A DNA stretch of 64,000 nucleotides from NCBI GenBank assembly GCA_964462785.1, contig CAYWZA010000001.1, positions 1,144-65,143 on the forward strand, in the 5' to 3' direction. The translations under genes and the position numbers were made by a program. The stretch's first letter is position 1. Each line of letters begins with the position of its first letter. The notes beneath the pieces are model-generated. The model was given only the letters and a program-made list of their open reading frames with translations, made no database searches and was not told where the DNA came from. Origin of the DNA: an uncultured Candidatus Saccharibacteria bacterium. Lineage in GTDB: Bacteria; Patescibacteriota; Minisyncoccia; Phycocordibacterales; UBA2100. This document shows, one piece after another, positions 8,444-17,656 of this stretch.

Positions 8444-10045
8444 TCATAAATCCTCGGTCCTCGGCACCAATTTCGTAAACAGTCTTTGATTGGGCCGTAA
8501 GATTTTGTTTTCCTGCGCAACAAAGATGTTAAACCACTCATCGAATGCTACGATTTCTTGCGAAAGAAGGGGGCTGCGGGTGTACTGCCGTTGATTTTGA
8601 TATTCCCAGAACCGGAGATTGTAATATTTGTACCAATATATATCGAGCGCCGACCAATCAAGTGCAATGAAGCATTCGCGGTATACCTCCCACCCGTGCG
8701 CTATGGTCCATTTCAGATCCCAACCCCTCTTTTTTAGGAATGCCGTAGGGATGTACATTTCAACCAGGTAATGCTCATATTCTTGTCCCTTGGCGATGGG
8801 TGGGGCGCTATAGTAGTCGACAATATCTTCAGCCGCACCAAATAAGAATTCGCCATACTGATATGGCTGATACGTATTGCTTCCCGTACCGAATAGTATG
8901 CGCGCCTTTTGCTTCGAGCGACTGCTTGGCGGGAAATATTTCAGCAGATTGCACATCGTCTCCATTGCTCGCGCATTATAAATACGGATGTCAGTTCTCT
9001 GCTTCACGATATACTGCGCACCCAATTCTTTCGCTCTCTTAACCCCGGCGAGCCCCGAGGCGAGCTGCATGTTTGTGTTGCCTGGACCACCGTACTCGGG
9101 CTTCCTGCTTGTCACAACCTCCGCTCCGGCATTGCGTAACTGTTCAAGTACCTGCGCGTCTTCATCGTCCCAGGTGGAAACCACAAGCTGAACCTCCGGA
9201 AACACTTTTCGATAGAGGCGGATTGTTTCGAGCGTAAAGTTACGCTTATGCATGATGGGGCCCTGCATCATAATGGCGCACCGTGGGTACTCTTTGAGCA
9301 CATCGGCTTCAAGTGTGTAGTCGCGTGCGTAGAGTGGCCGCATGTGAAGCGATATAAGCTGGCCAGTAATACTCTCGAGCACATAGATGAGCGTGTAGAG
9401 CGGTAGCGTGCGTATCTTGAAGCGCAAAAGGCCGATCCGATTGCGCAGATAGTATATCGGCTTCCAGCGTCGAAAAACGCGCATCCTTGGCTCTTTTTTT
9501 ACAGCATCAACAGCTGTGCGGACCTGCCGTGGACGATCGGTCACAAAAAAATCTGGTTCTAGGGTGAGAATTGCTTGTACCGCTCGCTTGAAGGTTTCGT
9601 CCGGTTCGTGCTGTTGCGTATTATAGGAGACGACGACTTTTTGGTTTTGATGTCTTGCATTTGTAATGGCCTGTTCTAGCTCGGCAAAAAGAGTATCGCT
9701 AGATGCCGTTCTTTCTTCCACCTCAAGCCAAAGACAGGCATCTGTTTTTTCCTTTTCTATAAGTAGCGTTGCTTGGGGGAACAAAGCGAGCATTTCAATT
9801 GCATGCGCACGGACCATTTCAGAAGTGTTTTTTGTTGTATGTACAGCAAAGAACGTATCATACTCCATCCGCCGCCCGAGAAAGTACACGAAAAGCCCCA
9901 TTAGACGATCAAAGGCATCCTCGTCTGTGTCTGGGAGCGGCGCTAGTATCCCATATCCCTCTTTGAGGGCTCTGCCATACCATGCATAAGGATCGTGAGG
10001 TGGCTTCTCTTTTTCTTTTGGGGGACGCGCAAGTACAACAACCAT
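8444..10045 (-). CDS. Two-domain protein of unknown function; C-terminal half resembles WavE-type LPS/polysaccharide biosynthesis proteins
   Basis: 533-aa ORF with no recognisable N-terminal domain. The C-terminal ~280 aa (…IMMQGPIMHKRNFTLETIRLY…VVSTWDDED…GNTNMQLASGLAGV…) matches my memory of the WavE family; this call is low-confidence. Confidence 0.3.
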   Translation of the reverse strand: MVVVLARPPKEKEKPPHDPYAWYGRALKEGYGILAPLPDTDEDAFDRLMGLFVYFLGRRMEYDTFFAVHTTKNTSEMVRAHAIEMLALFPQATLLIEKEKTDACLWLEVEERTASSDTLFAELEQAITNARHQNQKVVVSYNTQQHEPDETFKRAVQAILTLEPDFFVTDRPRQVRTAVDAVKKEPRMRVFRRWKPIYYLRNRIGLLRFKIRTLPLYTLIYVLESITGQLISLHMRPLYARDYTLEADVLKEYPRCAIMMQGPIMHKRNFTLETIRLYRKVFPEVQLVVSTWDDEDAQVLEQLRNAGAEVVTSRKPEYGGPGNTNMQLASGLAGVKRAKELGAQYIVKQRTDIRIYNARAMETMCNLLKYFPPSSRSKQKARILFGTGSNTYQPYQYGEFLFGAAEDIVDYYSAPPIAKGQEYEHYLVEMYIPTAFLKKRGWDLKWTIAHGWEVYRECFIALDWSALDIYWYKYYNLRFWEYQNQRQYTRSPLLSQEIVAFDEWFNIFVAQENKILRPNQRLFTKLVPRTEDL

Positions 10046-10119
10046 AAGTAGGTCACACTATATAGTGCTGGGACCCCGACTTCAAGAGTGAGCGGGGGAA
10101 GTCTGGGCAGTGAGACGAT

Positions 10120-12984
10120 TTATTCTCTACGCCGACCGGTCACGACGAACAAAGCACCCTCTGAAGCAATGTTCCCAAGCCACGAGATCTGGGTCAGGGC
10201 GCGCATGAGACCGGATCCGGAACTGGTTTCCTCAAATAGATTTGCCCCTGTCTTGCTCCCACCAGTGCCGATGATAGCTGGATGTGAATTCAAGTACTCA
10301 ACGTCATTTTCCTTAAACCACTCGAGTACTTCGCCGAGCGAATGCCATGTCTCGTGTGGATTGTAATACTGGTCTTTCACCCAAATATCCGCCTTGCGCG
10401 CATCGCGAATGCGATTGCGAACGACATAGTCGATGCGAGTCCCGAAAACCTTGATCAACTTCGAGCGTATCCAGGTGGGGATTCGCGCGTAGTTGTTGTA
10501 GAGACCAACAACGATGAGGCCGCCTGGTTTCACCTTCTTTACGATCTCCGCAAACGCCACGCGCGCATCGCGCGTGTGATGCAGGACGCCGGTCGATATT
10601 ACAACATCAAAGCTATTGTCCTGTATGCCGAGCTCAAAGATATTCATCTGCACAAAGCCGACACGATTAACGCTGTTTTTCTTCTTATGATCAACGGCTA
10701 GCTTGAGGCTCGAGAGTGAGAGGTCGACTCCGAGCACGTGATTATTGTTGAGAGAAAGGAAGTGCGACATCTGCCCAGTCCCGCATCCACATTCGAGAAT
10801 CAGCTTATTGAAGCCAATGGAGTCCAGGAGCCCTTTCGCAAACGGATTCTTCTCTCCCCGAACGACCAAATCACCGAAATTCTGCACGCCGTCGTAATTC
10901 GGGAACGGATTCTCCTCATAGAATGCTTTTATCTTGCCTGTCACCGGATCCTTTTCTGCCGATTCTACACCCGAGAGAAGAGATGGAACGCCATCTTTAT
11001 CAACGTAGGGTCCCTTCGCGGTCGTAAATGCCCCCTGCGTACGCAACACTGGGATGCTCTTGGATTCGCCTGGAACCTTCAGGCAGTCCAGGAGCGGCGC
11101 GGGTATCATGCCATCGTCTTTGGGTGCTCTCGACGGTTCGATCCTGTACTGCTCACTCTTGAGTAGGAGGACATTGCCAATAACCAGTGCGTCCATTTCC
11201 GTTTTCATAAAGCACTGGTAGGCATCGCTCGGCGTGAGAACTATCGGCTCATCGCGGACATTAAAACTGGTGTTCACGAGAAGTCCGTAGCCAGTCTTTT
11301 TCTTGAATGCGTCGAGTAGACTCCAGAAACGCTCGTTCGTCTTGCGCGAAACCGTCTGCAAACGAGCTGAATAGTCGAGGTGGGTGACCGCCGGGATATC
11401 GGAGCGCACTGCATTGAGACGCTCTTGTATGGTTCCTCTCGCGGGTGCAGCCAATCGTCGCTCTTGCTTGACCGGCGCGGTGAAGAGCATGTAAGGCGAT
11501 GGAGATCCTACTTCGAAATATTCATTCGCATCTTCCTCCAAGACAGCCGGAGCGAATGGACGGAATCCTTCTCGGTATTTTATCTTTAGGTTCAGCTTCT
11601 TTTGCATGACCGGATTACGCGCGTCAGCCAGGATGCTGCGATTACCCAAAGCTCGCGGTCCCCACTCTGCCCTTCCCTGCATCCAACCAACGATGTTACC
11701 TTCACTAAGGAGCTCCGCCGCACGTTCATACAGTTTTTCCATGCTATCGAATTGTGTGTATGATGCACCAAATCGTCGTAAGTCCTTAAGCGTCTCATCG
11801 TCAGAAAAAGAAGGACCGAGATATGAGCCCTGCATGCTGTCTGTCGCATGCCTATCGAGGGTGCGGGCGCCATCGAAATATATGTGATGAGCTACCAGTG
11901 CCGCACCCAGCGCACCCCCAGCATCGCCCGCAGCCGGCTGTACCCACACCCGATCGAATATCTTGGCGTCAAGTATCTTTTCGTTCGCAACGCAATTAAG
12001 TGCGACACCACCAGCCAAAACCAAATTATTAGCGCCCGTAAGCGTCCGTGCAGTGCGGACGAGACGCAGTAACACTTCTTCGGTCACTTCCTGTATGGCA
12101 AGCGCGAGATCCATATACTCGCTCGACAGTTCATCTCCTGCCATGCGGGGTGGGAGACCGAAGAGCTTTGTCCATTTCTCGTCATTCACGGTGCGTAGCG
12201 AGGTCGCGAACAGGAAATAGGACATGTTCAGAAAGAACGAGCCATCTTCCTTGAGATCAATGAGCTCATCGAAAATTTTCTTTTTGTATTCTTTTACGCG
12301 CATGCTTCCTCGGTTTCCATATGGTGCGAGTCCCATGAGTTTGTATTCGCCATCATTGATCGCAAAACCGCAATAGTATGTAAAAGCCGAATATAAAAGT
12401 CCGAGCGAATGCGGAAACTGCATCTCCTTGATGATGGTGACTTCTTTGTCATGCCCGCGCCCGATGGTCGTGGTCGCCCACTCGCCCACACCATCGACCG
12501 TAAGAATCGCGGCCTCTTCGAACGGCGAGGGGTAAAAAGCACTCGCCGCATGCGATATGTGATGTTCGGGAAAGAGAAGTCGTGGTTTTCTGACGAATTT
12601 CTTTCCTTCGATCTTCTCGAGCTCTTTAAGGAGCACGCTACGAATGAAGAGTTTGTCCTTGATCCATATCGGCATCGACCTCGCGAATCCCGCGAGACCT
12701 TTTGGAGCATATCGATGATACGTCTCCAGAAGACGCTCGAACTTCAGAAGCGGCTTGTCATAAAAGACTATGGCATCGAGATCCGACGGCTTGAGACCGC
12801 ACTCGGAGAGCACATAGCGAGTAGCGTGCTCAGGAAAAGAATCGTCATGCTTGCGCCTCGTGAAGCGCTCCTCGTGAGCCGCCGCAACAATCTTTCCATT
12901 TACGAGAAGTGCGGCGGCGGCATCGTGAAAATACGCCGAAACGCCGAGGATCTTCCTACCCCTTTGATCCATATTCCCCGTCAT
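10120..12984 (-). CDS. NodU/CmcH-family carbamoyltransferase fused to a C-terminal class I SAM-dependent methyltransferase
   Basis: The N-terminal ~600 aa has the carbamoyltransferase/Kae1-like architecture (ILGVSAYFHDAAAALL…HHISHAASAF…ALGNRSIL…). The C-terminal ~200 aa has ILECGCGTGQMSHFL (SAM motif I) and VVGLYNNY. Total length 954 aa. Confidence 0.8.
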   Translation of the reverse strand: MTGNMDQRGRKILGVSAYFHDAAAALLVNGKIVAAAHEERFTRRKHDDSFPEHATRYVLSECGLKPSDLDAIVFYDKPLLKFERLLETYHRYAPKGLAGFARSMPIWIKDKLFIRSVLLKELEKIEGKKFVRKPRLLFPEHHISHAASAFYPSPFEEAAILTVDGVGEWATTTIGRGHDKEVTIIKEMQFPHSLGLLYSAFTYYCGFAINDGEYKLMGLAPYGNRGSMRVKEYKKKIFDELIDLKEDGSFFLNMSYFLFATSLRTVNDEKWTKLFGLPPRMAGDELSSEYMDLALAIQEVTEEVLLRLVRTARTLTGANNLVLAGGVALNCVANEKILDAKIFDRVWVQPAAGDAGGALGAALVAHHIYFDGARTLDRHATDSMQGSYLGPSFSDDETLKDLRRFGASYTQFDSMEKLYERAAELLSEGNIVGWMQGRAEWGPRALGNRSILADARNPVMQKKLNLKIKYREGFRPFAPAVLEEDANEYFEVGSPSPYMLFTAPVKQERRLAAPARGTIQERLNAVRSDIPAVTHLDYSARLQTVSRKTNERFWSLLDAFKKKTGYGLLVNTSFNVRDEPIVLTPSDAYQCFMKTEMDALVIGNVLLLKSEQYRIEPSRAPKDDGMIPAPLLDCLKVPGESKSIPVLRTQGAFTTAKGPYVDKDGVPSLLSGVESAEKDPVTGKIKAFYEENPFPNYDGVQNFGDLVVRGEKNPFAKGLLDSIGFNKLILECGCGTGQMSHFLSLNNNHVLGVDLSLSSLKLAVDHKKKNSVNRVGFVQMNIFELGIQDNSFDVVISTGVLHHTRDARVAFAEIVKKVKPGGLIVVGLYNNYARIPTWIRSKLIKVFGTRIDYVVRNRIRDARKADIWVKDQYYNPHETWHSLGEVLEWFKENDVEYLNSHPAIIGTGGSKTGANLFEETSSGSGLMRALTQISWLGNIASEGALFVVTGRRRE

Positions 12985-12985
12985 G

Positions 12986-13135
12986 TCAGAAGATGGTGTA
13001 AATAAAGGGCGAAATGGCGCTTGTGCTACCTGCCACGATCAAGGTGCCCACAGCAAGGATCACGATAAGTGCTGGCAAGAGCCAGAACTTCTTGCGATCC
13101 CGAAGGAAACCCCATATGTCGCGTAAAAATTCCAT
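12986..13135 (-). CDS. DUF5989/SxtK-like small membrane protein (49 aa); not in the supplied ORF track
   Basis: Manual translation of the minus strand gives MEFLRDIWGFLRDRKKFWLLPALIVILAVGTLIVAGSTSAISPFIYTIF. Its stop TGA at 12986 overlaps the carbamoyltransferase ATG at 12984 (TGACATG), and it sits 13 nt downstream of the SxtJ-like gene. Confidence 0.65.
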   Translation of the reverse strand: MEFLRDIWGFLRDRKKFWLLPALIVILAVGTLIVAGSTSAISPFIYTIF

Positions 13136-13148
13136 ACAGGTGAGTATA

Positions 13149-13511
13149 CTAATAGGGACGCTCCATATCCATAGGGTCGATCATTTGATCACGAGTAACG
13201 AAGGCCGTCGAATCTTTGTTGTTGTGTGATTCATATCTCTGATCCCCCACGAGCATTCGACGCAGGTACCCAATGGAAGTGATGACCGTAAAAAATATGA
13301 GCCCAAAAAATACTCGATTCATCACGCTCCCCAGAAGGTCCGCGATCTTCAACCACAGAAACGCCACCGGCTTAAGCGCGCTCGGATAGAACACGAGTGC
13401 GATAAGGAAAAAACCGCACAGCCAAAGAAAAAGTGTATTGCCGTAGGCGCCAAGGAGAAGGAACAATAACGAGAATACAAGACCTGTGTCACGTATCCAC
13501 TTTTCAGTCAT
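13149..13511 (-). CDS. SxtJ-like small polytopic membrane protein
   Basis: ~120-aa hydrophobic protein (MTEKWIRDTGLVFSLLFLLLGAYGN…) directly upstream of the DUF5989-like ORF and the carbamoyltransferase, the arrangement expected for the SxtJ family. The ORF runs to 13607; I prefer the MTEKW start at 13511. Confidence 0.5.
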   Translation of the reverse strand: MTEKWIRDTGLVFSLLFLLLGAYGNTLFLWLCGFFLIALVFYPSALKPVAFLWLKIADLLGSVMNRVFFGLIFFTVITSIGYLRRMLVGDQRYESHNNKDSTAFVTRDQMIDPMDMERPY

Positions 13512-13575
13512 GCGGATCACACTACCACAAAAAATTGGTGTACACAGTAACGAGCATGGGGTATGATGCGAAATT

Positions 13576-14709
13576 ATGTTACAGAGATCGAAAGGTCTTC
13601 TAATCAACGGTGCCGTGCTTCTCAGTACACTCGCCGTCCTTTTCGCCGCAGGAGAGATCTATGTACGGACTATGGGGATGAGGTCTGACAAGATAATAGC
13701 CCTCAACACATGTGTCGGCTTCAAAGATAAGCCGGGGACACAAACTGTCTTCGAAACTCCTGATGGTCCCGTCACTGTTTCTATAAACAGCGCCGGCTAC
13801 CGCGACGTTGAGCATGCGGTCGCAAAAGCTCCGGATACCTATCGCATTCTCATGCTAGGCGATTCGTTTACTGAAGCACTCCAGGTGAATCTTGAGGAAG
13901 CCTTCTGGCGTAAGATGCAGAAGCAGCTGGAAGAAGAGGGTCTTAAAGTCGAGATCATGTCCATGGGCGTGTCGAGTTATGGGACTCATCAAGCGCTCAT
14001 GACATACGAATGCTACGGCCGAGAATTTAAGCCCGACATGGTTATCCTCAATTTCACCAATGCGAATGACCCTGTGGACAACTACTTCAGGCGTGATGCC
14101 TTTTCGCCACAGTTTGAACTTGCAAGCGGAACACTTTCACTTAACGAGGCATTCAGGACGAACATCGCCGCACAGCAGAAGCGCCGCTCATCGCTTCCGT
14201 GGGGACCCATCTATTGGGCGAAGGAGAACTCGAAGGCGCTTCAGTATCTCTACGACCGTGTGCAGACCATACAAGGCGAGCGTCAACTTGGCAGTACGAT
14301 CGTAGAAGGAACCAACAAGATATATCTTAAAGAATACACGCAGGAGTGGCTCAATGCCTGGGATCTGACTGACGCACTGATGCGCAGACTGATCGCCAAC
14401 GTGAAGAGTGACGGCGCGCGTTTCATACTCGTGGATATCCCAGGAGTAGAGGAGCTCGAGCCTGAACGAGTGACCGAGCCGGAAAAATATGACCTGGCAC
14501 AGGCTGACAAGCATCTGCGTACTTTTGCAGAAAAAGAAGACGTCACTTATATAAGCCTGTTCCCCGCCATCTCTGCGGCACACACACAAAAACCCGTACA
14601 CTGGCCATATGACGCGCATTGGAATCCATACGGCCACACGGTCGCCGCGCAAACAATTCTCGAAGAACTGAAGAGATTAGTTCCTCAGTTACAGCAGAAG
14701 ACACCGTAG
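13576..14709 (+). CDS. SGNH/GDSL hydrolase-fold protein with N-terminal TM anchor (AlgJ/AlgX/PatB-like O-acyltransferase partner)
   Basis: N-terminal TM helix, block I LMLGDSFTE (GDS(L) motif), and C-terminal YDAHWN (DxxH catalytic block). It lies immediately upstream of an MBOAT gene. Confidence 0.7.
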   Translation: MLQRSKGLLINGAVLLSTLAVLFAAGEIYVRTMGMRSDKIIALNTCVGFKDKPGTQTVFETPDGPVTVSINSAGYRDVEHAVAKAPDTYRILMLGDSFTEALQVNLEEAFWRKMQKQLEEEGLKVEIMSMGVSSYGTHQALMTYECYGREFKPDMVILNFTNANDPVDNYFRRDAFSPQFELASGTLSLNEAFRTNIAAQQKRRSSLPWGPIYWAKENSKALQYLYDRVQTIQGERQLGSTIVEGTNKIYLKEYTQEWLNAWDLTDALMRRLIANVKSDGARFILVDIPGVEELEPERVTEPEKYDLAQADKHLRTFAEKEDVTYISLFPAISAAHTQKPVHWPYDAHWNPYGHTVAAQTILEELKRLVPQLQQKTP

Positions 14710-14765
14710 GGGCAGCAAATCCCTACCTTTGGAAAAAAGGGGGTACTGTGATATTTTTGAAGCTC

Positions 14766-16280
14766 ATGAGCTTCGCGGATGTACGCTTTCTTGTTTTTTT
14801 TCCCGTCGTCACCGCGCTGTATGTGCTGCTACCGCAACGCTACCGCTGGATGTTTCTGCTCGTTGCAAGTTATTTCTTCTACATGCTGTGGCGCCCAGAA
14901 TATGGGCTCCTTCTCGCTCTCATAACCGTCATAGACTTTACCGCAGCGATTCTTATCGGGCGCGCACACACTGAGGTACAGCGCCGTATATTTCTTATCG
15001 CAAGCCTCGTTGCAAATCTCGGTCTCCTTTTTTACTTTAAATACCTCAATTTTGTCCTCTCTTCGTTCCAGGAAGTGTTGGCGTTTGCGGGCAACGACAT
15101 CTCATTCCCCGTGCTCAACATACTCCTGCCTATAGGTATTTCATTCCACATTTTTCAAAGCATGAGCTACACAATCGATGTGTACCGACGACGCGTCGAA
15201 CCCGTCAGGCATCTTGGTAAATTCGCTCTCTATGTCAGTTTTTTCCCGCAATTGGTCGCTGGTCCTATCGAACGTCCACAAGGGCTTCTAAAGCAGATCA
15301 TGGAAGGTCGTGCATTTGATCTCGCAAAAGCAAAGAGCGGGACCAAACTCATGTTTTGGGGTTTCTTTAAAAAACTTGTAATCGCTGATAATCTAGCGCC
15401 GCTGGTAAACGCTGCGTACGCTTCGCCAGAAAATTTTCCCGGCCCCACGCTCGCGTTCGCAACGGTGCTTTTCGCCTATCAGATCTACTGCGACTTCTCC
15501 GGTTACACCGATATCGCGCGGGGTTCGGCGCGCATACTCGGCTACGATCTCATGCTCAACTTCAATCGTCCTTTTCATGCGACATCCCTCACCGATTTTT
15601 GGAACCGGTGGCATATTTCGCTTTCAACTTGGCTACGCGATTATCTGTATTATCCGCTTGCTCTGCGTGGAAAGAACCATTCGAGGATTCGTATCTATTC
15701 GAGCGTTTTTATCACCCTGGTACTCATTGGTCTCTGGCACGGCGCCAATTGGACGTATGTCCTGTTCGGTGCTATCCACGGAGTGTATCTCGTCGTCGGC
15801 ACGGCGACGCTTGGGATGCGCAACCTCGCCTATCGTAGATTCTGGAAGCCGTTCGGTAGGATGGCGCCTCCAACATTCCTAAAGACTCTGACCGTATTCG
15901 CAATGGTTTGTTTTTCGTATATATTCTTTCGCGCGGAAACAACGGCAGACGCACTATTCATCATCGAGCGGATTCCTCAGGGTGGCGCTGAATTTCTCCA
16001 GGGACTGTGGAGCATCGAGGGGATCAAACACGTACTGGGGATGGATGTGTCCCTTTCAGGACAATGGGGATCGATGCTCTTGCCAGGTATCGTAGTCGCC
16101 ATACTTGGCATCCTGTTCATGGAGTTAATTGAGTGGCTCCACGCACACGGCAATCTCTCGAAACGACTCGCGCTTATCCCATACCGTTGGCGCCTAGTGC
16201 TCTTTGCTGTGGGCGGATTCACTATTATGACTTTCGGCGGATTTGCCACTCCACAGCAATTCATTTATTTCCAATTCTGA
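14766..16280 (+). CDS. MBOAT-family membrane-bound O-acyltransferase (AlgI/DltB/PatA-like)
   Basis: Polytopic membrane protein with the MBOAT N-terminus (MSFADVRFLVFFPVVTALYVLLP) and the conserved-His block LIGLWHGANWTYVLFG. The ORF begins at 14619 inside the upstream gene; I prefer M at 14766. Confidence 0.85.
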   Translation: MSFADVRFLVFFPVVTALYVLLPQRYRWMFLLVASYFFYMLWRPEYGLLLALITVIDFTAAILIGRAHTEVQRRIFLIASLVANLGLLFYFKYLNFVLSSFQEVLAFAGNDISFPVLNILLPIGISFHIFQSMSYTIDVYRRRVEPVRHLGKFALYVSFFPQLVAGPIERPQGLLKQIMEGRAFDLAKAKSGTKLMFWGFFKKLVIADNLAPLVNAAYASPENFPGPTLAFATVLFAYQIYCDFSGYTDIARGSARILGYDLMLNFNRPFHATSLTDFWNRWHISLSTWLRDYLYYPLALRGKNHSRIRIYSSVFITLVLIGLWHGANWTYVLFGAIHGVYLVVGTATLGMRNLAYRRFWKPFGRMAPPTFLKTLTVFAMVCFSYIFFRAETTADALFIIERIPQGGAEFLQGLWSIEGIKHVLGMDVSLSGQWGSMLLPGIVVAILGILFMELIEWLHAHGNLSKRLALIPYRWRLVLFAVGGFTIMTFGGFATPQQFIYFQF

Positions 16281-16287
16281 CAAACCT

Positions 16288-17298
16288 ATGATTACTCCTG
16301 AACAAAAAGAGTTCATGCGCTACGGGCGCGATATAGCGATTTGCGGAGTGATAATCGCACTATTATGCAGCCTCGTGATGTTGCTCAGCTACAATCCCGC
16401 TTCCTACTACAATATGATGGCCAAAGAGGTGCGTCTCGCCGCCGCACCACATCCTCGTCTTTTTGTCATCGGAGGTTCGGGAGCAGGCATCAGCATCGAT
16501 TCGGAACTCATCCAAGAAGAGACTGGGTACAACACGCTAAACATGGGCGTAAGCGCAGGCTTGGGGTTGCGATTCATGTTCAGGTCGATCGAGGATGAAC
16601 TTCGTGATGGAGACGTCGTCCTCTATTTCATGGAATCAACTGTCGTACAGCAACCACTCTACGCCGACGGCGCGGCGCTGTTTGCCACCCTCCACCCCAG
16701 CCCTAGTTATGCGCTCACGATACTCCGTGATGTTGATGTATTTACAGCACACACGATTGTAGACATGGTCCGCAAATTCCCTACATATCTACAACAACAA
16801 ACACGCGGTCTCTATATTCGAAAAATAGAGTCGCTCATATACGAACCGGAGCCCACCTTAAGCGAACGTCTTTATAACGTTTACAACTTCAACGCCTACG
16901 GAGACGTAGACTCCACCGTTGCGGGAGACAAGCACCTCTCCACAGAAGAGGTTCTGAAAAGCGACATTGGTCGTATCGGAGACCGCGGGACTGATCCCCG
17001 TACCCTAAGTCTACTCGCCGAAATGATTAGATCACTTAACGACCGTGGCGTACGTGTATTCGTTTTGTGGCCCGCATATGCGAAGGTGTTTTACGACCAA
17101 AAATTGGATCCTGTGCAGGAACGCAATAAAGAGATTGTTGAGCGACTCGGGCGCGACAACGTAATCGGAAACGTGGACGATTTCATTCTTAATGACGAAC
17201 TGTTTCTTGACCACTCCTCACACCTGACAAGCGCGGGGCGGGATGAATATACAAGGCGTCTCATCCCTTTACTCCTGCCGCATTTGAACGCAAAATAA
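16288..17298 (+). CDS. DltD/AlgJ-like SGNH-type protein with N-terminal TM anchor (third member of the O-acylation triad)
   Basis: N-terminal TM, VIGGSGAGISID block I-like, and C-terminal DHSSHLTSAG (DxxH). It lies downstream of the MBOAT. The ORF begins at 16243; I prefer MITPEQ at 16288. Confidence 0.5.
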   Translation: MITPEQKEFMRYGRDIAICGVIIALLCSLVMLLSYNPASYYNMMAKEVRLAAAPHPRLFVIGGSGAGISIDSELIQEETGYNTLNMGVSAGLGLRFMFRSIEDELRDGDVVLYFMESTVVQQPLYADGAALFATLHPSPSYALTILRDVDVFTAHTIVDMVRKFPTYLQQQTRGLYIRKIESLIYEPEPTLSERLYNVYNFNAYGDVDSTVAGDKHLSTEEVLKSDIGRIGDRGTDPRTLSLLAEMIRSLNDRGVRVFVLWPAYAKVFYDQKLDPVQERNKEIVERLGRDNVIGNVDDFILNDELFLDHSSHLTSAGRDEYTRRLIPLLLPHLNAK

Positions 17299-17302
17299 CG
17301 TC

Positions 17303-17653
17303 ATGGTGAAAGATGACATCAAGGGTGTCGGGGTTGACATGGTTGCTATCTCGCGGATGCGTCGCGTCGTCCGAGAAAAGCGCGAGCGCTTCTTAGCGAA
17401 TACCTTTAGCCCACTGGAGCGCGCATATTGTTTTTCACATAAAGATCCTGCGCCCCACTTTGCCGGGACATTTGCCGCCAAGGAGGCCGTGCGCAAGGCC
17501 ACATCTCACTACCCCGCTTTCGCCGAGCTGGAGGTGCGCCGAAGAAAAGACGGACGACCAGAGATATGGGCCCGTGGCCGTCGCGTATCTTCCATATTGA
17601 TCTCGATCACTCACACGGATACAATCGCCTGCGCGATAGCGCTCGCACAATGA
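17303..17653 (+). CDS. acpS: Holo-ACP synthase (4'-phosphopantetheinyl transferase)
   Basis: GVGVDMVAISRM at the N-terminus and FAGTFAAKEAVRKA, ~116 aa, typical AcpS. Immediately upstream of an FkbH-like gene and an ACP. Confidence 0.75.
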   Translation: MVKDDIKGVGVDMVAISRMRRVVREKRERFLANTFSPLERAYCFSHKDPAPHFAGTFAAKEAVRKATSHYPAFAELEVRRRKDGRPEIWARGRRVSSILISITHTDTIACAIALAQ

Positions 17654-17656
17654 TGT

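Noticed and set aside
10046-10119. 74-nt spacer after the carbamoyltransferase-MT gene, considered as possible tRNA or small RNA (GGGACCCCGACTTCAAGAGTGAGCGGGGG)
   Set aside because: Although it contains a short GC stem, it lacks tRNA features (no T-loop GTTCRANYC-like box or acceptor-stem complementarity) and no U-tract. Most likely it is just the intergenic region before the next gene.
14619-14765. 49-codon N-terminal extension of the MBOAT ORF overlapping the SGNH gene
   Set aside because: The MBOAT family N-terminus (MSFADVRFLVFFP…) starts at the internal ATG at 14766. The extension is hydrophilic and overlaps the upstream gene's C-terminus.
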